From Gammaproteobacteria bacterium (GTDB taxonomy: Bacteria; Pseudomonadota; Gammaproteobacteria; G965277405), in the NCBI GenBank assembly GCA_965277405.1, contig OZ255726.1:1984001-2048000 (forward strand): DNA of 64,000 nucleotides, given 5' to 3'. Positions 43,179-54,041 of this stretch are shown here, piece after piece. Position 1 is the first letter of the stretch. Each line of letters begins with the position of its first letter. A model generated the notes under the pieces. The model saw nothing but the letters and a program-made list of their open reading frames with translations. It was not told where the DNA came from and searched no databases. The translations under genes were made by a program, and so were the position numbers.

Positions 43179-43853
43179 TCATGGTTTAGCGTATTTCAGC
43201 GCTTGGATTGCCTGGGTATAGCCACCGCCGGCATCTGGGTTGTTGAATATCGCGCTGCCAGCAACAACCACACTGGCGCCTGCATTTTGGACGGCTTGGA
43301 CGGTATGGCTGTTGATGCCTCCGTCAACTTGGAGTTCGATGTGCCTGCCAGTCGTATGGTGGTGAGCGTCTATGCGCAGCTTTGCCGCAGCTATTGTATG
43401 CAGTGTGTGCGGAATGAATGTTTGCCCACCGAACCCTGGATTAACGCTCATCAGCAACACTAGGTCGATCAGATGGATGGTGTGATCCAACCAAGTTAAG
43501 CTGGTGGCGGGGTTTAATGCAATCCCCGGTTGACAGCCGTGGTCGCGAATTAACGCAATAGTGCGGTCAACGTGTTTGGTTGCTTCAGGGTGGAAGGTGA
43601 TGGTGTTGGCGCCTGCTTTGGCAAAGGCGATAGCAATTGCATCGACTGGCTCAACCATCAAATGTACATCTATTGGAATTTCTACTAACGGGCGGATAGC
43701 AGCACATACCATGGGACCTATGGTTAGATTAGGTACAAAATGATTGTCCATGGCATCGAGGTGGATCCAATCTGCTCCAGCATGCTGCACAGCCTGCACT
43801 TCTACACCAAGCCGCGCAAAGTCTGCGGATAAAATTGATGGGGCGATAATCAC
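43179..43853 (-). CDS. rpe: Ribulose-phosphate 3-epimerase
   Basis: IAPSILSADF, HLDAMDNHFVPN, MSVNPGFGGQ, VDGGIN. Confidence 0.96.
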   Translation of the reverse strand: MIIAPSILSADFARLGVEVQAVQHAGADWIHLDAMDNHFVPNLTIGPMVCAAIRPLVEIPIDVHLMVEPVDAIAIAFAKAGANTITFHPEATKHVDRTIALIRDHGCQPGIALNPATSLTWLDHTIHLIDLVLLMSVNPGFGGQTFIPHTLHTIAAAKLRIDAHHHTTGRHIELQVDGGINSHTVQAVQNAGASVVVAGSAIFNNPDAGGGYTQAIQALKYAKP

Positions 43854-44107
43854 ATCTGGTCAACTGTTAAAATAAAAGGTTCGTGAAGTGTAGCAAATGC
43901 GTGGATACGCTAGCTGATGCAAGCTATTTATAATCTGGTTTGCGGTCAACTGCGCGCATTTTAGCTGTGGATACCAATGACACGCTAGCAAACAGATTAG
44001 CATGTTTAGCTGTAGATATATATACACAAGATGTGTACCGTACCGAGACATTATTCAATAAATTATCACATACAATACATGAATTTCACTTGGGAAAACG
44101 GCTAGAT

Positions 44108-45031
44108 ATGACGGTGGCCCAGCGCGGTTATGCGTTTGCTTTTTCGGGAACAATATTTGTAACGCTGTATGTGTTAACGTTTTCAAAATTGGCAGAAACA
44201 CTCCCGGTGGGGGTGGCTACTTTTTTATTACTGTTGTCGGCGTTGCTGCTCAATAGCATTATGTTGCTGGTCAAGAAAAGCAAAAATTGGGCTAAAAAAG
44301 CAAAATCTGAATTTACTGTTGCCAGCGCTGCCCAGCTGGTGTTGATAGCGATTAGCTCAATTTTGGGAAACCAGTTTGTCTTTCTATCGTATGAGCATAT
44401 TTCTCCAGCGCTGACGAATATTATGCAACGCACTGAGTTGTTGTTTGTGATAGTCCTTGGAGCATTGTTGTTTGCCGAACGGATAACGTATCACGTGGTT
44501 ATTGCCGCATTGTTGGTGGTAATGGGCATTATTATCATCAATTACCATCCAAGTATGTTTGAAATAGGACATTGGTTTGGTCCAATTTTTGCAATATTAG
44601 CTGGGGTCAGTTTCGCAATAATGATTGTAATGATACGCTATAGTAGTCATTATTTTTCGGTAACGTTGATAAATCAATACCGACTGCTGATTGCAGTTGT
44701 GATTTTGGCTGCCGTTCCTGGGGTATTGCAGCGGTTGTATTCTGTAAATCTTGAGGAAGTGATGTACGCGTTTCTCGCCGCATTTGGCGGGCCTTTTATT
44801 TCTCGGCTGTGTTATATCCGCGCGGTTGCATATTTGCCGGTTGCTAGTATTTCGTTGATTGGAACAAGTTCGCCCGTGCTTACGTTGTTGGCGATGATGG
44901 TTATTTATAATATTTATCCAACGTTCAACCAATTGATTGGCGGCGCAATGGTACTGTTTGCCGTAGTGTTTCTAGTATTGTCTAAACCTGAAAAATTGCC
45001 GAATGTCAAAACTAAAGCGGAATTAACCTAA
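44108..45031 (+). CDS. DMT/EamA-family transporter
   Basis: About 10 TM helices in two repeats, LFAERIT motif; stop TAA lies inside the MITE target duplication. Confidence 0.8.
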   Translation: MTVAQRGYAFAFSGTIFVTLYVLTFSKLAETLPVGVATFLLLLSALLLNSIMLLVKKSKNWAKKAKSEFTVASAAQLVLIAISSILGNQFVFLSYEHISPALTNIMQRTELLFVIVLGALLFAERITYHVVIAALLVVMGIIIINYHPSMFEIGHWFGPIFAILAGVSFAIMIVMIRYSSHYFSVTLINQYRLLIAVVILAAVPGVLQRLYSVNLEEVMYAFLAAFGGPFISRLCYIRAVAYLPVASISLIGTSSPVLTLLAMMVIYNIYPTFNQLIGGAMVLFAVVFLVLSKPEKLPNVKTKAELT

Positions 45032-45319
45032 GGAACCTCTGATTAAGTCGCTGATGGAGCGAGTTTGATGGCAATTGTTGATGATTGCAAGGCGCAAACC
45101 GCTGAGCGCATGCTGTAGCATATACGCCAAGGGATGCAACACAGCAAGCACCGCAATTGCCGCAAACCCAAAGTATATTCAACAGATGGACGGAAAAAAA
45201 CACTGCGCTAACGTCGTTGCAGCACTTGATAATACCACCAGTATTATCTGCGCACTGCGTCTAGTTATCATCAGCGTTTTTTCTCCGTCTCGCCCATCAT
45301 GGACTTAATCAGAGGTTCC
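45032..45319 (+). mobile_element. IS5-family MITE, copy B (288 bp)
   Basis: TIRs GGAACCTCTGATTAAGTC / GACTTAATCAGAGGTTCC; CTAA at 45028-45031 and 45320-45323. Confidence 0.93.
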
Positions 45320-45323
45320 CTAA

Positions 45324-46531
45324 GGAATCTCTGATTAAGTCCCAAACAACAGCAATATCAGCTACAAAGATATACAATGGTGAATCTATTTGAATATTTG
45401 AATAAGCGGATAATCTTATGAAACAAACAACTTTTGCCAGTGCTGCATACGACCACAAGAAAGTAACAACAAAACGTGAAAAATTCTTGCAGTTAATGGA
45501 CAAATTAGCTCCATGGCAACAGTTGTTAGAGTTAATAGAACCGCATTATCCCAAGAAAGGGAATGGCCGCCCACCGATTAATATGCAGACCATGTTACGC
45601 ATTTATTTTTTACAGCAATGGTACAACTTATCAGACCCAGGGGTAGAAGAAGCACTATATGACATGGAAAGCATGCGGCGTTTTGCCCATATAGAGCTGA
45701 TAGACGATGCCATCCCTGATGAAACCACCATCTTGAACTTCCGCAGGATCATAGAAAAACATCAACTCAGCGTAAAGATACTTGCTGTGGTGAATGAGTA
45801 TTGTATGGAAAATAATATAATAATCTCACAAGGGACAATGGTTGATGCCACGACCATCAATGCGCCATCATCTACGAAGAATAAAGAGAAAAAACGGGAT
45901 CCTGAAATGCATCAAACCCGCAAAGGCAATCAGTGGTATTTTGGCATGAAGATTCATATAGGAACTGACGCTAATAGCAATATGATTCATAGCGCGACAG
46001 TTACAGCCGCGAATGAAGCTGACATCAATGAACTCCCCAAATTGCTGCGTGAAACAGATAAGGTTATCTTTGCCGATGCAGGATATACGAGCGACAGTTA
46101 TAAACGCGGCTCGCGTCACCTTGGGATAGATTGGCGCGTGAATGATAAACGTAAACCAAAGCAGCAAATGAGCGGCTCGCAGCGCAAACGCAATAGACAG
46201 AACTCTAAGGTGCGCGCCCGGATTGAGCACTGTTTTCGGGTAATCAAATGTCAGTTTGGTTATAAGAAAGCTCGCTACAAAGGACTAGAAAAGAATCGAG
46301 TACAAGTATTTTCTTTGCTTGCATTGACGAACTTATACATGCTGCGAGGACGACTAACAGGATAGAACCGCCCAAAATTCAAGAAAAACAATAAAAAACA
46401 GTAAAAAACAGTAAAACAGCAACAGAAGATCTGCGAAATGGTCAAATATTGACCATTGAAAATTATTGCTATTATTTTTTTGGAGTATATGCGAGTTATT
46501 GGAGTATATGAGCGTCTTAATCAGAGCTTCC
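45324..46531 (+). mobile_element. IS5-family insertion sequence, copy 1
   Basis: Ends GGAATCTCTGATTAAG / CTTAATCAGAGCTTCC, CTAA flanks, single transposase ORF. Confidence 0.95.
45418..46365 (+). CDS. IS5-family DDE transposase
   Basis: MLRIYFLQQWYNLSDPG, PDETTILNFR, VDAT, KGNQWYFGMKIHIG, ADAGY, RARIEHCF. Confidence 0.96.
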   Translation: MKQTTFASAAYDHKKVTTKREKFLQLMDKLAPWQQLLELIEPHYPKKGNGRPPINMQTMLRIYFLQQWYNLSDPGVEEALYDMESMRRFAHIELIDDAIPDETTILNFRRIIEKHQLSVKILAVVNEYCMENNIIISQGTMVDATTINAPSSTKNKEKKRDPEMHQTRKGNQWYFGMKIHIGTDANSNMIHSATVTAANEADINELPKLLRETDKVIFADAGYTSDSYKRGSRHLGIDWRVNDKRKPKQQMSGSQRKRNRQNSKVRARIEHCFRVIKCQFGYKKARYKGLEKNRVQVFSLLALTNLYMLRGRLTG

Positions 46532-46535
46532 CTAA

Positions 46536-47773
46536 GGAATCTCTGATTAAGTCCCAAACAACAGCAATATCAGCTACAAAGATATACAATGGTGAATCTA
46601 TTTGAATATTTGAATAAGCGGATAATCTTATGAAACAAACAACTTTTGCCAGTGCTGCATACGACCACAAGAAAGTAACAACAAAACGTGAAAAATTCTT
46701 GCAGTCGATGGACAAATTAGCTCCATGGCAACGGTTGTTAGCGTTAATAGAACCGCATTATCCCAAGAAAGGGAATGGCCGCCCACCAATTAATATGCAG
46801 ACCATGTTACGCGTTTATTGTTTACAGCAATGGTACAACTTATCAGACCCAGGGGTAGAAGAAGCACTATATGACATGGAAAGCATGCGGCGTTTTGCCC
46901 ATATAGAGCTGATAGACGATGCCATCCCTGATGAAACTACCATCTTGAACTTCCGCAGGATCATAGAAAAGCATCAACTCAGCGTCAAGATACTTGCTGT
47001 GGTGAATGAGTATTGTATGGAAAATAATATAACAATCTCACAAGGGTCGATGGTTGATGCCACGATCATCCATGCACCATCATCTACGAAGAATAAAGAG
47101 AAAGCCCGTGATCCTGAAATGCATCAAACAAGGAAAGGCAATCAGTGGTATTTTGGCATGAAGATTCATATAGGAACTGACGCTAATAGCAATATGATTC
47201 ATAGCGCGGCAATGCCTACCACCACAGCCGCGAATGAAGCTGACATCAATGAACTCCCAAAATTGCTGCGTGAAACAGATAAGGTTATCTTTGCCGATGC
47301 AGGATATACGAGCGACAGTTATAAACGCGGCTCGCGTCACCTTGGGATAGATTGGCGCGTGAATGATAAACGTAAACCAAAGCAGCAAATGAGCGGCTCG
47401 CAGCGCAAACGCAATAGACAGAACTCTAAGGTGCGCGCCCGGATTGAGCACTGTTTTCGGGTAATCAAATGTCAGTTTGGTTATAAGAAAGCTCGCTACA
47501 AAGGACTAGAAAAGAATCGAGTACAAGTATTTTCTTTGCTTGCATTGACGAACTTATACATGCTGCGAGGACGACTAACAGGATAGAACCGCCCAAAATT
47601 CAAGAAAAACAGTAAAAAACAAGAAAAACAGTAAAAAACAGTAAAAAAACAGTAAAACAGCAACACGAAGATCAGCGAAATGATCAAATATTGACCATTG
47701 AAAATTATTGCTATTATTTTTTTGGAGTATATGCGAGTTATTGGAGTATATGAGCGTCTTAATCAGAACTTCC
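46536..47773 (+). mobile_element. IS5-family insertion sequence, copy 2
   Basis: Same ends (right end CTTAATCAGAACTTCC); CTAA at 46532-46535 and 47774-47777. Confidence 0.95.
46630..47586 (+). CDS. IS5-family DDE transposase (variant with 3-aa insertion)
   Basis: Near-identical to 45418..46365; SAAMPTTTAAN versus SATVTAAN. Confidence 0.95.
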   Translation: MKQTTFASAAYDHKKVTTKREKFLQSMDKLAPWQRLLALIEPHYPKKGNGRPPINMQTMLRVYCLQQWYNLSDPGVEEALYDMESMRRFAHIELIDDAIPDETTILNFRRIIEKHQLSVKILAVVNEYCMENNITISQGSMVDATIIHAPSSTKNKEKARDPEMHQTRKGNQWYFGMKIHIGTDANSNMIHSAAMPTTTAANEADINELPKLLRETDKVIFADAGYTSDSYKRGSRHLGIDWRVNDKRKPKQQMSGSQRKRNRQNSKVRARIEHCFRVIKCQFGYKKARYKGLEKNRVQVFSLLALTNLYMLRGRLTG

Positions 47774-47784
47774 CTAAGGAAAAC

Positions 47785-49686
47785 ATGAATTCCACGTATA
47801 CAGCCAATTCAATTGAAGTGCTAACAGGGTTAGACCCTGTCCGCAAGCGCCCAGGCATGTATACAGATACAGCGTCACCGAACCATCTTGCCCAAGAAGT
47901 TATAGACAACTCTATCGACGAAGCAATCGCGGGTTTTGCCAAAACCATGATTGTTGAGTTATACCCTGACCATTCGTTTGCCGTGACCGATGATGGCCGT
48001 GGCATGCCGACGGACATCCACCCAGAACATGGTATCAGCGGGGTTGAATTGATTTTTACTCGCCTGCATGCTGGCGGAAAATTTTCGAACGCTACCTATC
48101 GTTATTCTGGCGGGTTGCACGGTGTTGGGGTGTCGGTCGTCAACGCATTGTCGACGTGGCTTGAGGTTAAAGTGTGGCGCAGTGGGGTGGTGCAAGGAAT
48201 GCGCTTTGAACATGGTTACAAAGCAACAGAATTACAGCAGATAGACACATGCAGTAAACAAAAAACTGGCACTTTTGTCCATTTTTATCCTGATTCAACA
48301 TATTTTGACTCGCATAAATTTTCTAGTACTGCGCTAAAACACTTGCTGAAAGCCAAAGCAGTGCTGTGCCCAAACATCACCATTACCCTAAAAAACCACT
48401 GTACTGGCGAAGTTGATAGCTGGCATTACCCAGCTGGGTTAGAGCAATACATCCAGCAGACTTTAACGGCACCAACCTTGCTGTCCGCGCTGTATCACGG
48501 CGAGTTTAAAAACGGCGAACAAGAAATTGTTTGGGGGTTACAATGGCAGGAAGATGGCTCATCTGCATGCTTAGAAAGCTATGTCAATTTAATCCCAACG
48601 CTACAAGACGGTACCCATGTTAATGGATTTCGCAGCGGGCTGCTGTCGGCAATCAGAGAGTTTTGTGAATTTCGCAAACTTTTGCCACGCGGGGTAAAAA
48701 TTACTGCAGACGACGTCATGAATGGCTGTTGCTATGTCCTTGCGTATAAGCACGATAACCCGCAATTTACTGGGCAAACTAAAGAGCGTCTGTCGTCACG
48801 TCAAGCTGCAACATTTGTGCAGAATGTCCTCAAAGATGACTTTAGTTTATGGCTGTCACAGCATCCAAAAGATGGGGAGAATCTGGCGCAACATATTATT
48901 AGTGTTGCTCAGAACAGACTAAAAAACGCCAAAAATATCGAACGAAAAAAAATCTCTGCTGGTCCAAAACTTCCTGGAAAACTTGCCGATTGTTCCAGTG
49001 CAGACCCTAGTCAATGTGAGTTATTCTTGGTCGAAGGTGACTCTGCAGGGGGGTCTGCGAAACAAGCGCGTGATCGTGAGTTTCAAGCAATCATGCCATT
49101 GCGGGGTAAAATTCTAAATACTTGGGAGTCGAACAGCAGCGACATTCTCGCATCAGAAACCATCCGCGATATTTCATTGGCAATCGGCGTTGACCCCAGC
49201 AAGGGTGATATTCGGGCATTGCGCTATCATAAAATTTGTATCCTGGCTGATGCCGATTCAGATGGTCAACACATCGCCACATTACTCTGCGCATTGTTTT
49301 TGCGTCATTTTCCCGCATTGGTAGCAGCAGGGCATGTGTTTATTGCGATGCCGCCATTATTTCGTATTGATCATAACAAAGAGATTGCCTACGCATTAGA
49401 CGCCATAGAACGTGACCATTTTCTTGCACAATTTAGTAGTAAAAAAGGTAGTAGCCAAGTGACGCGATTTAAAGGTCTAGGCGAGATGAACCCCAGCCAA
49501 CTACGCGAGACCACTATTGCCCCAGCAACACGCAGATTGATGCAACTCCATGTTTCCCAACCACCTGCGACCAATGAAATAATGGACATGCTATTGGCAA
49601 AAAAGCGCGCCGGTGATCGGAGGGAGTGGCTCGAAAAAAACGGTAATCGCATCCAACAATTTGAGGATGAACTGACGACTAGCTAG
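47785..49686 (+). CDS. parE: DNA topoisomerase IV subunit B
   Basis: YTANSIEVLTGLDPVRKRPGMY, LFLVEGDSAGGSAKQARDR, ADADSDG, RFKGLGEMNP; lacks the GyrB insertion. Confidence 0.95.
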   Translation: MNSTYTANSIEVLTGLDPVRKRPGMYTDTASPNHLAQEVIDNSIDEAIAGFAKTMIVELYPDHSFAVTDDGRGMPTDIHPEHGISGVELIFTRLHAGGKFSNATYRYSGGLHGVGVSVVNALSTWLEVKVWRSGVVQGMRFEHGYKATELQQIDTCSKQKTGTFVHFYPDSTYFDSHKFSSTALKHLLKAKAVLCPNITITLKNHCTGEVDSWHYPAGLEQYIQQTLTAPTLLSALYHGEFKNGEQEIVWGLQWQEDGSSACLESYVNLIPTLQDGTHVNGFRSGLLSAIREFCEFRKLLPRGVKITADDVMNGCCYVLAYKHDNPQFTGQTKERLSSRQAATFVQNVLKDDFSLWLSQHPKDGENLAQHIISVAQNRLKNAKNIERKKISAGPKLPGKLADCSSADPSQCELFLVEGDSAGGSAKQARDREFQAIMPLRGKILNTWESNSSDILASETIRDISLAIGVDPSKGDIRALRYHKICILADADSDGQHIATLLCALFLRHFPALVAAGHVFIAMPPLFRIDHNKEIAYALDAIERDHFLAQFSSKKGSSQVTRFKGLGEMNPSQLRETTIAPATRRLMQLHVSQPPATNEIMDMLLAKKRAGDRREWLEKNGNRIQQFEDELTTS

Positions 49687-49724
49687 CGGCCATTGCAGCA
49701 ACGAGTTAAACAGCGATTGCTTAG

Positions 49725-50008
49725 GGAAGCTCTGATTAAGTCCATGATGGGCGAGACGGAGAAAAAACGCTGATGATAACTAGACGCAGTGCGCAGATAA
49801 TACTGGTGGTATTATCAAGTGCTGCAACGACGTTAGCGCAGCGTTTTTTCCCGTCCTTCTGTTGAATATACAACGGTTTGATGGTAGCGGTACTTGCTGT
49901 GTTGCATCCCTTGGCGTATATGCTACGGCATGCGCCTGCGGTTTGCGCCTTGCAATCATCAGCAATTACCATCAAACTCGCTCCATCAGCGACTTAATCA
50001 GAGCTTCC
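49725..50008 (-). mobile_element. IS5-family MITE, copy C (284 bp, inverted)
   Basis: Reverse complement of copies A/B; TTAG duplication at 49721-49724 and 50009-50012. Confidence 0.93.
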
Positions 50009-50047
50009 TTAGATAGTCTAAGATAGTCTAGCGCATTATACAGCATT

Positions 50048-50842
50048 TTATGAGTCAAATAACCGAATTGCTGTACTGCACCAAGCAAGCAACAGCCCAA
50101 TCACGGTAATCAATACGTGGGCAACCACCATCGTTGCTGCAAAAGCTATCTCGTTGGTGCGCAGTTGTTGATACACATACTGGGCCATATTAGTTGGAGT
50201 GGTCGTATCAACAGTCGAAATAACATACCATGCGTCAAATTGATTTACTGCTACCAACAACGCAGCTGCGAATAACAACGGTATGCGTCGTCGCATATGG
50301 CTATGGCTGTAGCTAAAAAACATCAGCCATGTTGAAATCCGTTCAAGATTGCCGCGTTGGTATAATGACCCAGCACGCTGTTGTTGTTCGATGGTCAATA
50401 CCATTGTGAATATTGCAGAAAACCACCACACCTGCATCAACATCACGACAAAAGTACCGTTGGCAACGAGTTGCCACCACCATAGCGCCACCATACCTTG
50501 TGGCATAACCACCACAGCAAGACATATAATCAATGTAACGCTGCGCATATGAGGGTGAGCAACTATGACCATGGTAAACACACACGCAAAAAAATATCCA
50601 ATCACCGCAGCACCGACGCTATTCACCAGTGTCATCATCACGGCTGATATCCAGTTAATATCTACCAGCAATCCATATATTTCTCCATCTACGTGTTCGA
50701 CAAACATCCGCATACCAATCCATAAGTCATGCTCATGGGTGGCGTTGTAACCAAGTTTGCTGAACGCAATGTTGTATATTATTGCAATTACTGTGAGAAA
50801 TGGTGCAAGGCATAGCCAAGCGACGAGGTGTTGTTTTCGCAT
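50048..50842 (-). CDS. Membrane protein, divergent carbohydrate ABC permease-like
   Basis: Six TM segments; WLCLAPFL start; degenerate EAA loop (LYQRGNLERIS); NQFD...YVYQQ. Confidence 0.5.
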   Translation of the reverse strand: MRKQHLVAWLCLAPFLTVIAIIYNIAFSKLGYNATHEHDLWIGMRMFVEHVDGEIYGLLVDINWISAVMMTLVNSVGAAVIGYFFACVFTMVIVAHPHMRSVTLIICLAVVVMPQGMVALWWWQLVANGTFVVMLMQVWWFSAIFTMVLTIEQQQRAGSLYQRGNLERISTWLMFFSYSHSHMRRRIPLLFAAALLVAVNQFDAWYVISTVDTTTPTNMAQYVYQQLRTNEIAFAATMVVAHVLITVIGLLLAWCSTAIRLFDS

Positions 50843-51276
50843 TATGCTATTGGTGCTGCGAATGCAAGTAAGGCTGTTTGTAAATCATCGGGCAGTAAAT
50901 GTGATTTTTCTTTAATAACCTGGATGACCTTGGCGTCAACTACCAAGCGTGAATCGCTTGGCGGCGGTGTTTCATTGCGCGGGATAGGTCGAGTATGGAT
51001 TGATGTTGCCTGTTTAAATAATGGGTTTTCTTGGAGGATGCGCAAAATTTCTGCGCCACGGAATACCACAATAGCCATAATTTCCGCTCGCTCTGCAGTC
51101 ACAATAACCCGTGTTCTCTTCACAGCAAAACAGCGACACTGAGCGGAAATTGAGAGTTGTTGCAAGGATTGTTGAAATACAGCGTCCAATTGCAACGATG
51201 TAGCCAGAACATTAAACAATGTGTTGGCGTAAGCGCTGTGTTGTGACAATACAGCCATTCTTCCAATTGTTTGCAA
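50842..51276 (-). CDS. Possible DciA/DUF721-family protein
   Basis: Size and pattern CRCFAVKRTRVIVTAERAEIMAIVVFRGAEILRIL resemble DciA; weak. Confidence 0.4.
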   Translation of the reverse strand: MQTIGRMAVLSQHSAYANTLFNVLATSLQLDAVFQQSLQQLSISAQCRCFAVKRTRVIVTAERAEIMAIVVFRGAEILRILQENPLFKQATSIHTRPIPRNETPPPSDSRLVVDAKVIQVIKEKSHLLPDDLQTALLAFAAPIA

Positions 51277-51434
51277 GGGTATGCGCTCCTATTGATCTAA
51301 AATGTGCTGGCAGTATAAAACAAGACGCTTGCGATTTCATCGCAAAAATCAATGTTATATTTCCCAAAAACTATATAAAGCTATGCACAATACAGCTGTG
51401 ATGAGTTTTCATTGACTCTAATATTTTTATTGGA

Positions 51435-52706
51435 ATGATATTTGTGAACGATAGACCTATATACCAACAGCTTGATCAACGCAGGAAAAAAGCCGTAGCT
51501 GCTGCTGTTCCCCACGTCCAACCCATCTATGTGGCACGCGCAGAAAACGCCACATTGTGGGATGTCGAGGGGAATGCGTACATCGACTTCACGGGTGGTA
51601 ATGGGTCACACAATGTTGGGCATCAACACCCTACAGTCATCAATGCCATCAAAAAACAACTCGATGCCTTCACCCATACTGTATTTGCAGTTTCACCGTA
51701 TCAACAATATGTGCGCTTATGCGAGCGCATGAATACGCTTGCATGCGGAGACTTTGAAAAAAAAACCGCATTATTTACTACAGGTGCAGAAGCTGTTGAG
51801 AATGCGATTAAAGTTGCTAAAATAGCAACGCAAAGACAAGGTGTTATCGCCTTCACTGGGGCATATCATGGGCGCTCATTCGCTACGCTAGCGCTTACGG
51901 GCAAAGCTCTTCCTTACAGCAAGGACCTTGGTCTTATTCGTAATAATGTGTTTCGTGCTCGCTTTCCCCATACAGATACGACTATTGCTGATGCGCTTGC
52001 CTCGATTGAGCAAATTTTTGTTTGCGATAGCGCTCCTGCTGATATAGCAGCAATCATTATTGAGCCAGTGTTAGGTGAAGGTGGTTTTTTTGCCGCTCCA
52101 AAGGAGTTCATGCTGTATCTGCGCCAGGTATGCGACCAGCATGGTATCGTGCTCATCGCTGACGAAGTGCAATGCGGGGTGGGACGAACTGGGACTTTTT
52201 TTGCCATGGAACAAATGGGAACCTATCCTGACATCACCGTCTTTGCCAAGTCTATCGCAGCTGGTCTTCCGCTTGCTGGGATTACCGCCAAAGCTGAATT
52301 GATCGATGCAATTGCTCATGGTGGATTTGGTGGCACATATTCAGGTAACCCGCTAAGCTGTGCAGCTGCAAATGCAGTAATCGATGTTATTGCATCTGAA
52401 AAACTGCTCGAACAAGCGCAATACATCGGCACTCGCTTTAAAGATGCTATGTCCACATTGCAATTATCACACCCAGAGATTGAAACAGTCCATGGCATTG
52501 GTGCCATGGTGGCTTTCGCTTGCAAAGAACAATCACAAGCAGCTGCATTGATAAAGCACTGCCAGCGTAATGGGCTGTTGCTGCTATCAGCAGGTGCCAA
52601 AGGCAATATTATCCGCGTGCTGGTGCCGCTGACAATCCCTGCACAACAATTCCACGCAGGGATGCAGATTATCGCCGCAGGTTGCGCCAAGATTTTCGCA
52701 AAATAA
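51435..52706 (+). CDS. gabT: 4-aminobutyrate transaminase (class III PLP aminotransferase)
   Basis: LWDVEGNAYIDF, TTGAEAVENA, EPVLGEGG, DEVQCG, FAKS, GGTYSGNP. Confidence 0.88.
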   Translation: MIFVNDRPIYQQLDQRRKKAVAAAVPHVQPIYVARAENATLWDVEGNAYIDFTGGNGSHNVGHQHPTVINAIKKQLDAFTHTVFAVSPYQQYVRLCERMNTLACGDFEKKTALFTTGAEAVENAIKVAKIATQRQGVIAFTGAYHGRSFATLALTGKALPYSKDLGLIRNNVFRARFPHTDTTIADALASIEQIFVCDSAPADIAAIIIEPVLGEGGFFAAPKEFMLYLRQVCDQHGIVLIADEVQCGVGRTGTFFAMEQMGTYPDITVFAKSIAAGLPLAGITAKAELIDAIAHGGFGGTYSGNPLSCAAANAVIDVIASEKLLEQAQYIGTRFKDAMSTLQLSHPEIETVHGIGAMVAFACKEQSQAAALIKHCQRNGLLLLSAGAKGNIIRVLVPLTIPAQQFHAGMQIIAAGCAKIFAK

Positions 52707-52925
52707 TCTGTTACTATTCCCATGCAAAATAAAGGAGTAGTAAAGTAGCTGTTACTAGTAATGTTCGCTTGCTGGAGTAGCGTATTTGCCGTATTGCTAG
52801 CCCAAGTCCTGTACAATAGACATCATTGTCAACCAAACCATCAACCAAACCATCAACCAAACCGCGCTGCGGGCGATATTAATTGATATTGTTTTTATAT
52901 TTATTTTAACCTGCCAGGAGAACGT

Positions 52926-54041
52926 ATGAAAATAGGAGTGCCAAAAGAAATTAAAAACCATGAATACCGAGTTGGCCTTACTCCCAACAGTGTTCACGAG
53001 CTCGTTGCACATGGGCACAGTGTGGTGGTAGAAACAAATGCTGGTGCTGGTATTATGGCAACCAACGCTGATTATGAATCTGCCGGTGCGAGAATTGCAG
53101 CAACGGCCACAGATATTTTTGAAACTGCAACCCTCATCGTCAAAGTAAAAGAGCCGCAAGCGCATGAGCGGGCCATGCTGCGAGAAGGACAAATTTTATA
53201 TACATACCTACATTTGGCAGCAGATAAGCCGCAAACCGATGACCTGATACAAAGCAAAGCAACATGCATTGCGTATGAGACGATTACCGACGAGCAAGAC
53301 CTGTTACCTTTATTGCAACCAATGAGTCAAGTTGCAGGTCGGTTGTCAATTCAAGCTGGTGCGTATGCGCTGGAAAAAAGCCATAGTGGTTCGGGGGTAT
53401 TGCTCGGTGGAGTTCCAGGTGTCGCGCCAGCAAATGTGGTTATTATTGGTGGTGGTGTTGTTGGTTTTCATGCAGCGCAAATGGCTGTTGGCATGCAGTC
53501 AAACGTTACGATTCTTGATACCAACCCGCAGACGATCAACCGGCTAGACGCACACTTTGGACCTGCGGCACATATTATCCATGCAAATCGCGCTAATACC
53601 AGAGAACTAGTTCTCAATGCTGACTTGGTGATTGGCGCGGTGCTTATCCCTGGCGCTGCTGCGCCTAAGCTGGTGTCTGTAGAAATGGTGAAAGAAATGA
53701 AAGCAGGGTCAGTGATGGTCGACGTGGCGATTGACCAAGGTGGATGCTTTGCAACGTCAAAAGCTACAACCCATGCAGATCCAATGTATATCGTCGATAA
53801 TGTGGTGCACTACTGTGTTGCCAACATGCCTGGTGCTGTGCCGCGAACCTCAACGTACGCACTTAACAACGCCACATTGCCGCATTTGCTGTCGCTTGCG
53901 AACAAAGGTTGGAAACTAGCATTAAATGACGACATCCATTTGCGCAATGGTTTAAATGTCCACAACGGAGCAATCACCCATAAAGCCGTTGCCGCAACAT
54001 TTGGCTACGACTATACCGCTGCTGAGAATATTGTTTGTTAA
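52926..54041 (+). CDS. ald: Alanine dehydrogenase
   Basis: [50 protein letters not shown]. Confidence 0.97.
   Translation: MKIGVPKEIKNHEYRVGLTPNSVHELVAHGHSVVVETNAGAGIMATNADYESAGARIAATATDIFETATLIVKVKEPQAHERAMLREGQILYTYLHLAADKPQTDDLIQSKATCIAYETITDEQDLLPLLQPMSQVAGRLSIQAGAYALEKSHSGSGVLLGGVPGVAPANVVIIGGGVVGFHAAQMAVGMQSNVTILDTNPQTINRLDAHFGPAAHIIHANRANTRELVLNADLVIGAVLIPGAAAPKLVSVEMVKEMKAGSVMVDVAIDQGGCFATSKATTHADPMYIVDNVVHYCVANMPGAVPRTSTYALNNATLPHLLSLANKGWKLALNDDIHLRNGLNVHNGAITHKAVAATFGYDYTAAENIVC

Noticed and set aside
45075-45308. MITE-internal ORFs (60-140 aa) as real proteins
   Set aside because: Reading frames are not preserved among the four copies because of indels.
45032-50008. parE having arrived as a composite transposon
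   Set aside because: Each element has its own TSD and the empty site reconstructs a native transporter-parE junction; the outer flanks (CTAA versus TTAG) do not match.
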